Notes under the pieces: generated by a model
What the model saw: the letters and a program-made list of their open reading frames with translations, nothing else
Told to the model about the DNA's origin: nothing
Database searches by the model: none
NCBI GenBank assembly: GCA_011045915.1
Contig: DSBT01000120.1
Coordinates: 7,220-71,219 of the forward strand
Direction of reading: 5' to 3'
Length of the DNA stretch: 64,000 nt
Source of the DNA: Mesotoga infera
Lineage (GTDB): Bacteria; Thermotogota; Thermotogae; Petrotogales; Kosmotogaceae
Position numbers and translations under genes: made by a program
Shown here: positions 28,375 through 37,848 of the stretch, piece by piece
How positions within the stretch are numbered: the stretch's first letter is position 1
Layout of the letters: every line of letters begins with the position of its first letter

Positions 28375-29571
28375 TCACTCAATTATTGAGCTGACGACTC
28401 CGGCGCCAACTGTCCTGCCACCCTCACGAATTGCAAATCTCAAGCCCTTTTCAATCGCAACGGGGTAGATAAGCTGAATAGTCATTTCAACGTTATCGCC
28501 AGGAATAACCATTTCGACACCCTCGGGGAGATCCGCGATTTCTCCAGTAACGTCTGCTGTCTTAATAAAGAACTGAGGCCTGTAACCCTTTGTAAACGGA
28601 GAATGGCGACCTCCCTCTTCCTTCTTCAGAACATAGACGTTTGCAGTAAATTTCCTGTGAGGTGTTATTGATCCAGGTTTTGCAAGTACCTGCCCTCTCT
28701 TGACTTCTTCCTTTGCCACACCTCTCAGAAGTGCCCCGATATTGTCGCCGGCCTGCCCCTCATCAAGGAGTTTTCTGAACATTTCGACACCGGTACATAC
28801 TGTCTTCTTAGTCTCATAGGAAAGTCCAATTATCTCAACTTCATCGCCTACATGAACAGCTCCGCGCTCGATTCTTCCTGTAACTACCGTTCCTCTTCCT
28901 GTAATGGTGAAGATATCCTCCACTGGCATTAGGAATGGCTTGTCAGTTTCTCTGACAGGATCCGGGAAGTAATCGTCGCAGGCATTCATCAGCTCGTATA
29001 TGCTCTCTGTCCATTCATTTGGACTATCTGCTTCAAGTGCCTTCAGCGCAGAGCCCTTGATAACTGGAAGCTCGTCGCCAGGGAACTCATAGGAAGAAAG
29101 AAGCTCTCTTACTTCTTCCTCGACCAGTTCGACCAATTCTTCATCGTCGACTGCGTCGACCTTGTTTATGTATACCACCATTGCGGGAACGTTGACCTGT
29201 CTCGCAAGGAGAACGTGCTCTCTTGTCTGAGGCATAACACCGTCAGTAGCAGCGACAACAAGAATAGCCCCGTCCATCTGAGCGGCTCCGGTGATCATGT
29301 TCTTGATATAGTCAGCGTGACCTGGACAGTCGATGTGGGCGTAATGCCTTTTGTCAGTCTGGTACTCGATATGAGCAACGTTGATTGTGATTCCTCTTGC
29401 TTTTTCCTCCGGCGCCTTGTCAATTAAGTCAAACGGGGAGAAGTCAGCAAGACCCTTGAATCCCAGACTCTTTGTAATTGCCGCAGTAAGAGTAGTCTTA
29501 CCGTGGTCAATGTGTCCAATCGTACCGATGTTAAGATGTGGTTTTGAACGTTCAAATTTTTCCTTAGCCAT
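28375..29571 (-). CDS. tuf: Elongation factor Tu
   Basis: 398 aa. [22 protein letters not shown]. Confidence 0.98.
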   Translation of the reverse strand: MAKEKFERSKPHLNIGTIGHIDHGKTTLTAAITKSLGFKGLADFSPFDLIDKAPEEKARGITINVAHIEYQTDKRHYAHIDCPGHADYIKNMITGAAQMDGAILVVAATDGVMPQTREHVLLARQVNVPAMVVYINKVDAVDDEELVELVEEEVRELLSSYEFPGDELPVIKGSALKALEADSPNEWTESIYELMNACDDYFPDPVRETDKPFLMPVEDIFTITGRGTVVTGRIERGAVHVGDEVEIIGLSYETKKTVCTGVEMFRKLLDEGQAGDNIGALLRGVAKEEVKRGQVLAKPGSITPHRKFTANVYVLKKEEGGRHSPFTKGYRPQFFIKTADVTGEIADLPEGVEMVIPGDNVEMTIQLIYPVAIEKGLRFAIREGGRTVGAGVVSSIIE

Positions 29572-29604
29572 GGTTTCCCTCCTCCAAATACTTTTTTGGG
29601 ATCT

Positions 29605-31677
29605 CTATCTTCCAAGAATCTTATCTGCAATTTTCACTGGAACTTCCGAATAGTGGGAGAACTGAATAATGTGGATTGCTCTTCCCTGCGAGAGAGATCT
29701 GCAAACTGTCGCATAACCGAAAAGCTCGGAAAGAGGAACGTGAGCCTTTATAATCTTGAGACCAGCCCTGGTCTCGAAACCCTCAATCTTAGCTCGTCTG
29801 GAATTCAGATCAGCAATCAAGTCTCCCATATATTCTTCAGGTGTGTTAATCTCTACAGCCATTATCGGTTCAAGCAAAGAAGGACTCGCTTTGCGTACAG
29901 CTTCTTTGAAGGCCATTGATCCAGCTATGCTGAAAGCAATCTCCGAAGAATCCACTTCATGGTACGAACCGTCAAGCAAAGAAACTCTCACGTTGACCAT
30001 TGGGTAACCAGCAAGATAACCAGAATCCATCGCCTCTCTCACACCACGCTCCACAGGCTTGATAAATTCTCTTGGAATCGTTCCGCCGACAGTCTTGTCC
30101 TCGAAAACAAAGTTTGAGCTCATGTCTGTAATAGGCTCTACACTAAGAACCACGTGTCCGTACTGTCCCTTCCCGCCTGTTTGCCGAATGTACCTTGCTT
30201 CGCCAGTGGCTTTGGTTCTTATCGTCTCTCGATATGCTACCTGAGGATTTCCAACCCTGAGTCCAACATTGAACTCCCTTTTTATCCTCTCAACGATAAC
30301 TTCTAGATGGAGTTCTCCCATACCTGACAAAATAGTCTCCCCGGTCTCACTGTCAACGAAACTCTTGAGGGAAGGGTCCTCCTCAACGAGAGCGACAAGA
30401 GCCTTTGTCAGTTTTGAAGCATCATCCTTTGTTTGGGGTTCTACGGCAATCGAGATTACTGGCTCTGGAAACTCGATTTTTTCCAGAATTATTTTTTCAT
30501 CGCCAGAAACCACTGTCTCGCCCGTCATTGAATTCTTCAAACCCACTACCGCAACAATATCTCCTGCACGAATATAGTCGACTTCTTCTCTCTTGTCGGC
30601 ATGCATGAAGAGCAATCTCGAAATTCTTTCTTTGATATTCTTATTTGTGTTGAATACGTACGACCCCTTTTCGAGGGAACCCGAATAGACCCTTAAAAAA
30701 GTCAGCTTTCCCACAAAAGGGTCGACGATAATTTTGAAAGCCATCGCAACAAAGGGACCGTTTTCATCTGGGTGAACCTCTACGTCTTTTCCGCTATCTA
30801 GAACCTCACCAAGCACAGGCGGCAAGTCTTTTGGGGACGGAAGGTAATCAATAATCGCATTGAGAAGAGGTTGGATTCCCTTGTTCTTAAAAGCCGAACC
30901 ACAGAGAACAGGAGTAACCTGCCCTGAAAGGGTAGCCTTTCTTATGGCCGCTTTCATCCTTTCAACGGGAAGTTCTTCGCCCTCTATATACAATTCCATG
31001 AGCTCTTCATCGAACTCGGCTACATGTGTAACCAGGTCTTCACGAGCTTCATCTACCTGACTTAACATGTTTTCAGGTATCGGAGAAGTACTGAACTCCG
31101 TCCCCTCCTGATTAATCCACTTGAAAGCCTTCATTTCTACAAGATCAATAACGCCTTCAAAGCTTGACTCAGATCCGATTGGAAGCTGGATTGCAACAGG
31201 GTTTGCTTTCAGTTTGCTAACCATGGTGCCAATGGCGCTCTCAAAATCCGCGCCGATCTTATCCATTTTGTTCATGAAGGCAATCCTTGGCACATGATAT
31301 TTGTCTGCCTGTCTCCAAACTGTCTCCGACTGAGGCTCAACACCGGCCTGGGCATCGAACACCGCAACCGCGCCGTCAAGAACCCTTAAAGATCTTTCAA
31401 CCTCAACCGTGAAGTCAACGTGCCCGGGTGTATCAATAATATTGATACGATGATCCTTCCAGAATGCCGTAGTTGCAGCAGAAGTGATAGTGATACCTCT
31501 TTCCTTTTCCTGGTCCATCCAGTCCATTGTTGCCGTTCCTTCGTCAACGCTTCCGAGCTTGTAATTCTTTCCTGTATAGAAAAGAATCCGCTCGGTAGTA
31601 GTAGTCTTCCCGGCATCTATATGGGCCATTATTCCTATGTTACGAGTCTTGTCTAAGGTTGTGGCTCTTTCTTTCAC
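29605..31677 (-). CDS. fusA: Elongation factor G
   Basis: 690 aa. [24 protein letters not shown]. Confidence 0.98.
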   Translation of the reverse strand: MKERATTLDKTRNIGIMAHIDAGKTTTTERILFYTGKNYKLGSVDEGTATMDWMDQEKERGITITSAATTAFWKDHRINIIDTPGHVDFTVEVERSLRVLDGAVAVFDAQAGVEPQSETVWRQADKYHVPRIAFMNKMDKIGADFESAIGTMVSKLKANPVAIQLPIGSESSFEGVIDLVEMKAFKWINQEGTEFSTSPIPENMLSQVDEAREDLVTHVAEFDEELMELYIEGEELPVERMKAAIRKATLSGQVTPVLCGSAFKNKGIQPLLNAIIDYLPSPKDLPPVLGEVLDSGKDVEVHPDENGPFVAMAFKIIVDPFVGKLTFLRVYSGSLEKGSYVFNTNKNIKERISRLLFMHADKREEVDYIRAGDIVAVVGLKNSMTGETVVSGDEKIILEKIEFPEPVISIAVEPQTKDDASKLTKALVALVEEDPSLKSFVDSETGETILSGMGELHLEVIVERIKREFNVGLRVGNPQVAYRETIRTKATGEARYIRQTGGKGQYGHVVLSVEPITDMSSNFVFEDKTVGGTIPREFIKPVERGVREAMDSGYLAGYPMVNVRVSLLDGSYHEVDSSEIAFSIAGSMAFKEAVRKASPSLLEPIMAVEINTPEEYMGDLIADLNSRRAKIEGFETRAGLKIIKAHVPLSELFGYATVCRSLSQGRAIHIIQFSHYSEVPVKIADKILGR

Positions 31678-31702
31678 TATCTTTCCTCCCGCTGAAACTT
31701 CT

Positions 31703-32170
31703 TTACCATCTGAAATGAGCGTATGCCTTTCCGGCCTCCGCCATTCTGTGTACGTCTTCTCTCTTCTTTACTGCGTTGCCCTGACCATTATAAGCATCTA
31801 TTAGTTCAAGAGCAAGCTTTTCCCTAAGAGGTTTTCCTGACTTTGCTCTGGCAGATGTGACAATCCATCTTATCGCAAGAGCTACGGCTCTTCTTTCAGG
31901 AACCTCAAAAGGTATCTGATAAGTCGCCCCTCCAACTCTTCTTGGTCTCACTTCCAGTAGAGGCTTAACATTACCCAAAGCCTTCTTGAAAGCTTCCATA
32001 GGAGGTTGCTTAGTTCTTTCAGAAAGAACTTCAAGCGCTCCATAAACGGTAGCTTCTGCCTTGCTCTTCTTTCCGCCTATCATTATCTTGTTTATTAGTC
32101 TGGTGACTACTGTGTCGTTGTATATTGGATCGAGTACCACTTCTCTTTTCTCAGACTGACGTCTTCTCAT
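31703..32170 (-). CDS. rpsG: 30S ribosomal protein S7
   Basis: [19 protein letters not shown]... Confidence 0.95.
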   Translation of the reverse strand: MRRRQSEKREVVLDPIYNDTVVTRLINKIMIGGKKSKAEATVYGALEVLSERTKQPPMEAFKKALGNVKPLLEVRPRRVGGATYQIPFEVPERRAVALAIRWIVTSARAKSGKPLREKLALELIDAYNGQGNAVKKREDVHRMAEAGKAYAHFRW

Positions 32171-32184
32171 CTAGGACTGCCTCC

Positions 32185-32559
32185 TTATTTCTTCGGCCTC
32201 TTGGCGCCATAACGACTTCTCGACTGCTTCCTGTTTGCTACTCCTTCGGCATCTAAAGTGCCTCTTACAATCTTGTATCTTACGCCAGGAAGGTCTTTCA
32301 CTCTTCCACCTCTTACAAGAACAACGGAATGCTCCTGAAGATTGTGTCCTTCACCAGGAATGTAGGCCGTGACTTCTGTCCCGTTTGAGAGACGCACCCT
32401 TGCAATCTTTCTCAAGGCTGAGTTGGGTTTCTTGGGTGTCATTGTAGAAACCCTTACGCAAACACCGCGCTTCTGTGGATTATTTTCAAGCGCCGGAGAA
32501 GCAGATTTCTGTTTCAACTGTTTTCTTCCGTGTCTTATCAATTGATTTATCGTGGGCAT
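32185..32559 (-). CDS. rpsL: 30S ribosomal protein S12
   Basis: [13 protein letters not shown]...[10 protein letters not shown]. Confidence 0.98.
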   Translation of the reverse strand: MPTINQLIRHGRKQLKQKSASPALENNPQKRGVCVRVSTMTPKKPNSALRKIARVRLSNGTEVTAYIPGEGHNLQEHSVVLVRGGRVKDLPGVRYKIVRGTLDAEGVANRKQSRSRYGAKRPKK

Positions 32560-32601
32560 CTGGTTGCGATTCGCCTCCTTCTAAGCATTTTGCCGAAAGC
32601 A

Positions 32602-32630
32602 ATTGTACAATGCGGCGGTGGTACTGTCAA
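32602..32630 (-). promoter_or_regulatory. Near-consensus sigma-70-type promoter of the str operon
   Basis: Minus strand: TTGACA (32630-32625), exactly 17 nt, then TACAAT (32607-32602) with TG immediately 5' of it. It lies 42 nt upstream of the rpsL ATG. Confidence 0.6.
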
Positions 32631-32668
32631 TTGAAGCCTGCTGAACGGGATGTATCAGATGGTAATCG

Positions 32669-33610
32669 TTACAGAAGAGTTACCTTTCGTTTCAAAGATT
32701 CTCCAACCAAATTGAAGAAGGCAAGTTCCGGGGTCGTCCGCCCTTTCTTGATTGAATCGTCGAGTTCTTGAAGAATAACAAGAAATACCCTGAGTTCCTC
32801 AGAAGTGAATTTCAGACTTAGGTCTTCCCTATCCTCTTTTGTATTTGAAAAACTATACCCAACAAGCCTGGCAACCCTGGCACTGCTAATACTGGTGTAA
32901 GTGGACATCTCTTTTATCTCGGACCACGAAACACTGGCGGAATCTCTTCTAATTTCAATTATACTCCCCAAATCCAAAACAATCTTGAGAAGAACCGACG
33001 AAAAGTAGGTGAATGGAATCATCGATTTTCTTGCTGAACTTAGAAAATCCTTATCATTGTTCAAGAAGCTGTACGCCAGTGATTCAACTTCGATATCAGT
33101 ATCAATGTCAACGAACTCTTCAACGGTCCTAGCGTCAATATCTCTGGAAAGGATCGAAAGCTTTTCCAGTTCTCTTAGAATCCTGTATTCCTTTTTTCCA
33201 ATTCTCTCTATCAGCTTCGCGGCAGCCTCTCTAGAAATCTTGATCTTCGCCAATCCTGCAATCTTCATAACATGAGAACTCCACTTTTCCTCTTCCCAGG
33301 GCCTGGGAAGATCTAAGCTGACCCTCTGAACTTGGATTTTTGAACTCAGTTTTCCTTCAACATACAAATCGATATTCTTGTCTATCGCAGGAATTATTGT
33401 CTCAACTGACGATCGCTCTTCCCTTTTCCATTTATCGAATCCTGAAAGCCTAATTGGTTTTGTTCCAAACATTCCGGCAGTTGATAAGGCCATTTTAAGT
33501 CTTGCTTCTTTTTCAGGCATATCTTCAGTCAAGCAAATATATTCGCTCGTTCTCTCACGTATGAAGAAATCTTTTAGTACATCACTATCTCCCGTTATCT
33601 CATAAATCAT
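32669..33610 (-). CDS. holA: DNA polymerase III delta subunit-like protein
   Basis: 313 aa. MFGTKPIRL; ISREAAAKLIERIGKKEYRILRELEKLSILSRDIDARTVEEFV (typical HolA domain II/III pattern); C-terminal LQELDDSIKKGRTTPELAFFNLV. Confidence 0.55.
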   Translation of the reverse strand: MIYEITGDSDVLKDFFIRERTSEYICLTEDMPEKEARLKMALSTAGMFGTKPIRLSGFDKWKREERSSVETIIPAIDKNIDLYVEGKLSSKIQVQRVSLDLPRPWEEEKWSSHVMKIAGLAKIKISREAAAKLIERIGKKEYRILRELEKLSILSRDIDARTVEEFVDIDTDIEVESLAYSFLNNDKDFLSSARKSMIPFTYFSSVLLKIVLDLGSIIEIRRDSASVSWSEIKEMSTYTSISSARVARLVGYSFSNTKEDREDLSLKFTSEELRVFLVILQELDDSIKKGRTTPELAFFNLVGESLKRKVTLL

Positions 33611-35399
33611 TGTTCAGCGCTCCTAACCAGACCTCTATCCTTTCCAGTAGAGGTTGGCCCACTTCTGGACACTGGTTGATGACTTCGCCTGACCCATGAA
33701 CAACGATTTTGTCTATTCCATAGATTTCGGCAACTTCCTTCACATCAAGCAACGAGTATCCGCCCAAATCAGGCATTTTCCAGCTATAGACCCCCTCATA
33801 GACTTCCTTCTCAACGCCAATTCCATAGAGATTTCTCACCACCGAAGCGAACATCGGCGCAGCCACAAATCCTCCATAGTAGGCTCCAGCTTTTGGAGTG
33901 TCTATCATAATATACATTGTATATGTTGGATTCTCGACAGGAAAGAAACCAAAGAACAGAGAAAAGTAAGTCTCTTCGTTATATCCACCAGGTCCAGCTT
34001 TTTGCGCTGTACCAGTTTTTCCGGCAATTCTCACTCCGTCGACTTTGGCCATTGTTCCAGTTCCTTCAATAACAACACTTTCCATAATTGGGAGCATGGT
34101 GGAGACAAGCTGTGACGAAAAAAGTGTTCCATCTACCTTCTTCGGAATATTCACGAGACCATCATTGCTCCTGATGGCTTTAATAAAAGTGGGGGTCAAG
34201 AACTGTCCGCCTGCAGGAAATACATTTAAAGCCTTCACCATTTGGAATATATTTACTCCGAGCCCCTGACCGATTGGAAACTGATAAGGAGAAATTAGAG
34301 ACCAATCTTTGGCCTTTGGCAAGATACCGGGAGTCTCCCCGGGAAGATCAACACCGGACAACCTTCCAAAACCGATATTATTGAGTTGTCTGTACATCTC
34401 TTCTTTGCCAAGAGTGTTGAGTATTTGACCTCCAACCTGAACAGTAGCTACGTTGCATGAATTTATGATAGCCTCTCTGAACGTCTGAATCCCGTGCCGC
34501 TCTCCTTCGGTGTCACGAATAATTATGTCAAGCCCTGGCACTGGCTGAATTCTTCCATCACAATTGAAAGTCATCGTTTCAGTTATTGATCCACTTTGGA
34601 GGGCCAAAGAGTAGATAAGAGGTTTAATCGTAGAACCTGGCTCAAATATTCCCATAAGACCTACATCCCATTCGTAGGTTCCGGCATATGCAAGAATCTT
34701 TCCCGTTTTGCTTTCCACGAGAAGGGCAACACCACCATCTGCCATATTTTTCTCAACGGTTGAATGTAGTTCTTCATAGAGCATCTTCTGAATATCTATG
34801 TCAATTGAGAGATAAATGTCACTTCCATTTGTCGGCTCTTCCCTCACTGTACTTGTGAGGGTTCTTCTTATAAGACCATCCTCTTTACCAGACAACTCTT
34901 TAGTATAGCTCAGTTCAATTCCATTCAGTGGAACTCCACCTTTATCGAGTTTTCCTAGTATTCGATCAAGTCCGTATTCACTGAAGCTCAATCTTTCTCT
35001 TTGCATCTCCAGGGAAATATATCGCTTCGTGATAGGTGTGATCTTACGCTGCATTTCATCATTAGTCGGTGTCGTTCCAAGAAGAAGGAAGTTCTTCGTA
35101 CTTTGAAGATTCTCGAGCAATATATCATAGGGTATTCCGTAGGAAAGTTCAATATTTCTCAGCACTCTCTCTATTTGATCAGAAGAAGTTGCCAATCTTA
35201 GATAGCCCAGATCGAGCCATGCCTCGTAGATTATTGAATCGCTGGCAAGAAGTCTGCCTTTCGAATCATATATAGATCCTCTCAGCGCCGGGATCTTATT
35301 TACACCCAAAACCACCGGAAGATCGGGCTCAGTGAACAGCGATATATATCCCGCTCTCACAGCGAAGACGCCTACACAAAGTATCAGGAGCACATACAA
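33600..35399 (-). CDS. ftsI: Class B penicillin-binding protein (FtsI/PBP2-type transpeptidase) with a C-terminal PASTA domain
   Basis: SxxK (GSTIKP), SxN (NSCN) and KTG (GKTGTA) motifs. C-terminal PDLGGYSLLDVKEVAEIYG.... Follows rsmH-ftsL. The listed start is TTG 35399; a more plausible ATT start at 35429 is discussed in the findings. Confidence 0.85.
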   Translation of the reverse strand: MYVLLILCVGVFAVRAGYISLFTEPDLPVVLGVNKIPALRGSIYDSKGRLLASDSIIYEAWLDLGYLRLATSSDQIERVLRNIELSYGIPYDILLENLQSTKNFLLLGTTPTNDEMQRKITPITKRYISLEMQRERLSFSEYGLDRILGKLDKGGVPLNGIELSYTKELSGKEDGLIRRTLTSTVREEPTNGSDIYLSIDIDIQKMLYEELHSTVEKNMADGGVALLVESKTGKILAYAGTYEWDVGLMGIFEPGSTIKPLIYSLALQSGSITETMTFNCDGRIQPVPGLDIIIRDTEGERHGIQTFREAIINSCNVATVQVGGQILNTLGKEEMYRQLNNIGFGRLSGVDLPGETPGILPKAKDWSLISPYQFPIGQGLGVNIFQMVKALNVFPAGGQFLTPTFIKAIRSNDGLVNIPKKVDGTLFSSQLVSTMLPIMESVVIEGTGTMAKVDGVRIAGKTGTAQKAGPGGYNEETYFSLFFGFFPVENPTYTMYIMIDTPKAGAYYGGFVAAPMFASVVRNLYGIGVEKEVYEGVYSWKMPDLGGYSLLDVKEVAEIYGIDKIVVHGSGEVINQCPEVGQPLLERIEVWLGALNNDL

Positions 35400-35452
35400 T
35401 AGCGTAACTCTGCTAGCTAGCTTCTTAATTTGTGATCCACCTCGACAAAGTT

Positions 35453-35740
35453 CTACTTTTCTGCTCTCACTCCAACTATAGTCTGCAGATACGAGATTTC
35501 TCTTGAGACATCTTCAAGTCTAGATTTCATGACCGTTATGCTTTGTTCTCTTCTAGAAGCTAACTCCGTGATTTTGTCAACCTCGTTGCCGAAATAAAAT
35601 GGGAGAGCAATTGAAACTGCCAATGAAAGAAAAATAACGAGTACTTGCAGAAACCCAAATAAACCCCACACATCGCTGTTTGTTAAGACTTTGTCGCCTT
35701 GACGAACCAGCGACTTCCGCTTCGCTGTTATGACTTGCAC
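35453..35740 (-). CDS. ftsL: FtsL-like cell division protein
   Basis: 95 aa. One TM helix (WGLFGFLQVLVIFLSLAVSIALPFYF) then a coiled coil. Lies between rsmH and ftsI. Confidence 0.6.
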   Translation of the reverse strand: MQVITAKRKSLVRQGDKVLTNSDVWGLFGFLQVLVIFLSLAVSIALPFYFGNEVDKITELASRREQSITVMKSRLEDVSREISYLQTIVGVRAEK

Positions 35741-35755
35741 GAGATGTTCCTCCCT

Positions 35756-36655
35756 TCAAATCCGCTCCGCTGCCCTCAATCTTGCGCTTCTTGCTCTTAG
35801 ATTGAGTTCTACTTCTTCTTCCGACGGCCGTAAAGGTTTCTTCGTTAGTATCTTCAACTCAGAATTCGATTTCTCCCTGAACACTCTCTTCGCTATGCCG
35901 TCTTCCAAAGAATGAAAAGAAATAATAACGATCCTACCGCCTTGCTTCAGAAAACCGGGAATTCTCTTCAATGTACTGTCGATGTTTTCAAGTTCATGAT
36001 TAACTTCAATTCTGATTGCTTGAAAAGTCCTTGTTGCGAAATGTCTCTTTCGTTTGTACCTTTCGGCTGGAGGTATAGCTGCTTTCACTGCATCCTGCAA
36101 ATCTTTCGTCGTGAGCAAAGGCCTTCTTGAAACAATGCTTCTAGCTATTCTTCTGGCGAATCTCCTTTCATCTCCGTACTCAAACAAGATTCTTGCGAGT
36201 TCGCTTTCATTATAGCCATTTACAACTTCTGCCGCCGTAGATTTCAAAGAAAGGTTCATACGCATATCGAGCGGTTCGTCCAGTTCGTACGAAAAACCTC
36301 TTCCTTTAGACTTCAACTGAAAAGTGGAAAGTCCCACGTCTAGCAGAAAACCATCAACCTTATCAATACCAGCCTGCCTCAGCACAATTTCGAAATCGAC
36401 ATAAGAGAGATTGAACAATCTGTAATTTCCCCGGTAATCTTCGAGATTCTGCTCCGCTATATCCAGAACCTCACGGTCTACATCTAGTCCAATTACTTCT
36501 GCTCGACCGTTAGTGGCCTCAAGAATGGCTTTCATGTGACCACCCTCACCAGCGGTACAATCAACGTAAGTCCCATTGACGCGTCCACCAAGCAAATATA
36601 GGAGCGCTTCGTGAACCATGACGCTCCTGTGGTGTTCGTCATATTGCCTGGACAT
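35756..36655 (-). CDS. rsmH: 16S rRNA (cytosine1402-N4)-methyltransferase RsmH/MraW
   Basis: HRSVMVHEAL..., DCTAGEGGH, SFHSLEDGIAK. Confidence 0.95.
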   Translation of the reverse strand: MSRQYDEHHRSVMVHEALLYLLGGRVNGTYVDCTAGEGGHMKAILEATNGRAEVIGLDVDREVLDIAEQNLEDYRGNYRLFNLSYVDFEIVLRQAGIDKVDGFLLDVGLSTFQLKSKGRGFSYELDEPLDMRMNLSLKSTAAEVVNGYNESELARILFEYGDERRFARRIARSIVSRRPLLTTKDLQDAVKAAIPPAERYKRKRHFATRTFQAIRIEVNHELENIDSTLKRIPGFLKQGGRIVIISFHSLEDGIAKRVFREKSNSELKILTKKPLRPSEEEVELNLRARSARLRAAERI

Positions 36656-36676
36656 CTAATTCACTCCGCTCGAAGA

Positions 36677-36706
36677 GATAATAACATTTTTCTACAGTCA
36701 AAGTCA
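36677..36706 (-). promoter_or_regulatory. Candidate promoter for rsmH-ftsL-ftsI
   Basis: Minus strand: TTGACT (36706-36701, duplicated at 36700-36695), 18 nt, then TGtTATTAT (extended -10, hexamer 36682-36677). It lies 21 nt upstream of the rsmH ATG. Confidence 0.45.
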
Positions 36707-36721
36707 AACTCATCTCATTAT

Positions 36722-37834
36722 TCATTCCAAAGATTTTTCGATTGAAGAGAAGAAAAGCAACTCCTTCTCTATGAACTCGTCTATCTCGCCATTCATGACA
36801 GATTGGATATCTCCTGTCTCAGCGTCAGTTCGATGATCCTTGACCATTGTGTACGGCTGAAAGACATAAGACCTGATTTGATTGCCCCATGAAATGTCCT
36901 TCTGATCACCCATCAATCTCAGTTTCTCATTGCGCTTCTTATCGATCTCTATTTCAAAGAGCTTTGCATACAGCATCTTCATTGCATTCGCCTTGTTCTG
37001 ATGTTGAGATCTTTCTGTTTGGCATGCAACAACTATGCCGCTAGGGAGATGGGTAATTCTGACTGCAGAGTCAGTCTTGTTGACATGCTGTCCACCAGCA
37101 CCTCCAGATCTGTAAGTATCGATTTTCAGATCTTCAGGTTTGATCTCAATCTCAGGTACTTCGTCCATTTCCGGAAACACACTGATCGAAGCAAATGATG
37201 TGTGTCGCCTGTGATTTGCATCAAACGGGGAGATCCGCACCAATCTGTGAACACCGGCTTCAAATTTAAGTTTTCCATACGCATATTGGCCAGAAAAATT
37301 CAGAGTCACGCTCTTGATTCCTGCTTCGTCCCCAGGCAATTCGTCAACGATTGTGATCTTGAATCTGTTTGCCTCCGCCCATCTCATGTACATTCTCATC
37401 AGCATTGCCGCCCAGTCCTGAGACTCGGTCCCTCCGGCACCAGGGTGAATTGACATGAAACAGTTGTTATTATCGTATTCTCCGCTTAGAAGGATCGTTA
37501 GCTCAAATTCCCTGACCTTCTTTTCTGCCGATCTTACAAGCTCTTCAACATGCTTGATGTAACTCTCGTCTTCTCCCGACAGCTCCACTGCAATATCTAT
37601 ACTTTCAAACTCCTCTTCCACATCCCTCAGAAGACCAAGGGTCCCCCGGAGAGATTGTGCCTCTATTCCAAGCTTAGAAGCCTCTCTTTGGTCACTCCAT
37701 ATTGAGGGATCACTCATCTTCTTTTCGATATCCTTCAGCTTCTCGTCTATCTTTTCGAGATCAAGAGTCTCTCTTATCGAATCAAACTTCTCTCTCAACT
37801 CCTGAATTCTCAAATTCGTTTCATAACTAATCAA
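36722..37834 (-). CDS. prfB: Peptide chain release factor 2 (single uninterrupted frame)
   Basis: 370 aa. SPF tripeptide (RISPFDANHRRHTSFA) and GGQ (SGGAGGQHVNKT). TTG start after GGAGGTG. Confidence 0.95.
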   Translation of the reverse strand: MISYETNLRIQELREKFDSIRETLDLEKIDEKLKDIEKKMSDPSIWSDQREASKLGIEAQSLRGTLGLLRDVEEEFESIDIAVELSGEDESYIKHVEELVRSAEKKVREFELTILLSGEYDNNNCFMSIHPGAGGTESQDWAAMLMRMYMRWAEANRFKITIVDELPGDEAGIKSVTLNFSGQYAYGKLKFEAGVHRLVRISPFDANHRRHTSFASISVFPEMDEVPEIEIKPEDLKIDTYRSGGAGGQHVNKTDSAVRITHLPSGIVVACQTERSQHQNKANAMKMLYAKLFEIEIDKKRNEKLRLMGDQKDISWGNQIRSYVFQPYTMVKDHRTDAETGDIQSVMNGEIDEFIEKELLFFSSIEKSLE

Positions 37835-37848
37835 ATTACACCTCCGGA

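Noticed and set aside
37740-37834. Looked for the programmed +1 frameshift site of prfB.
   Set aside because: The ORF is continuous from the TTG start. There is no in-frame TGA and no CTTTGA context. Reported as absence only.
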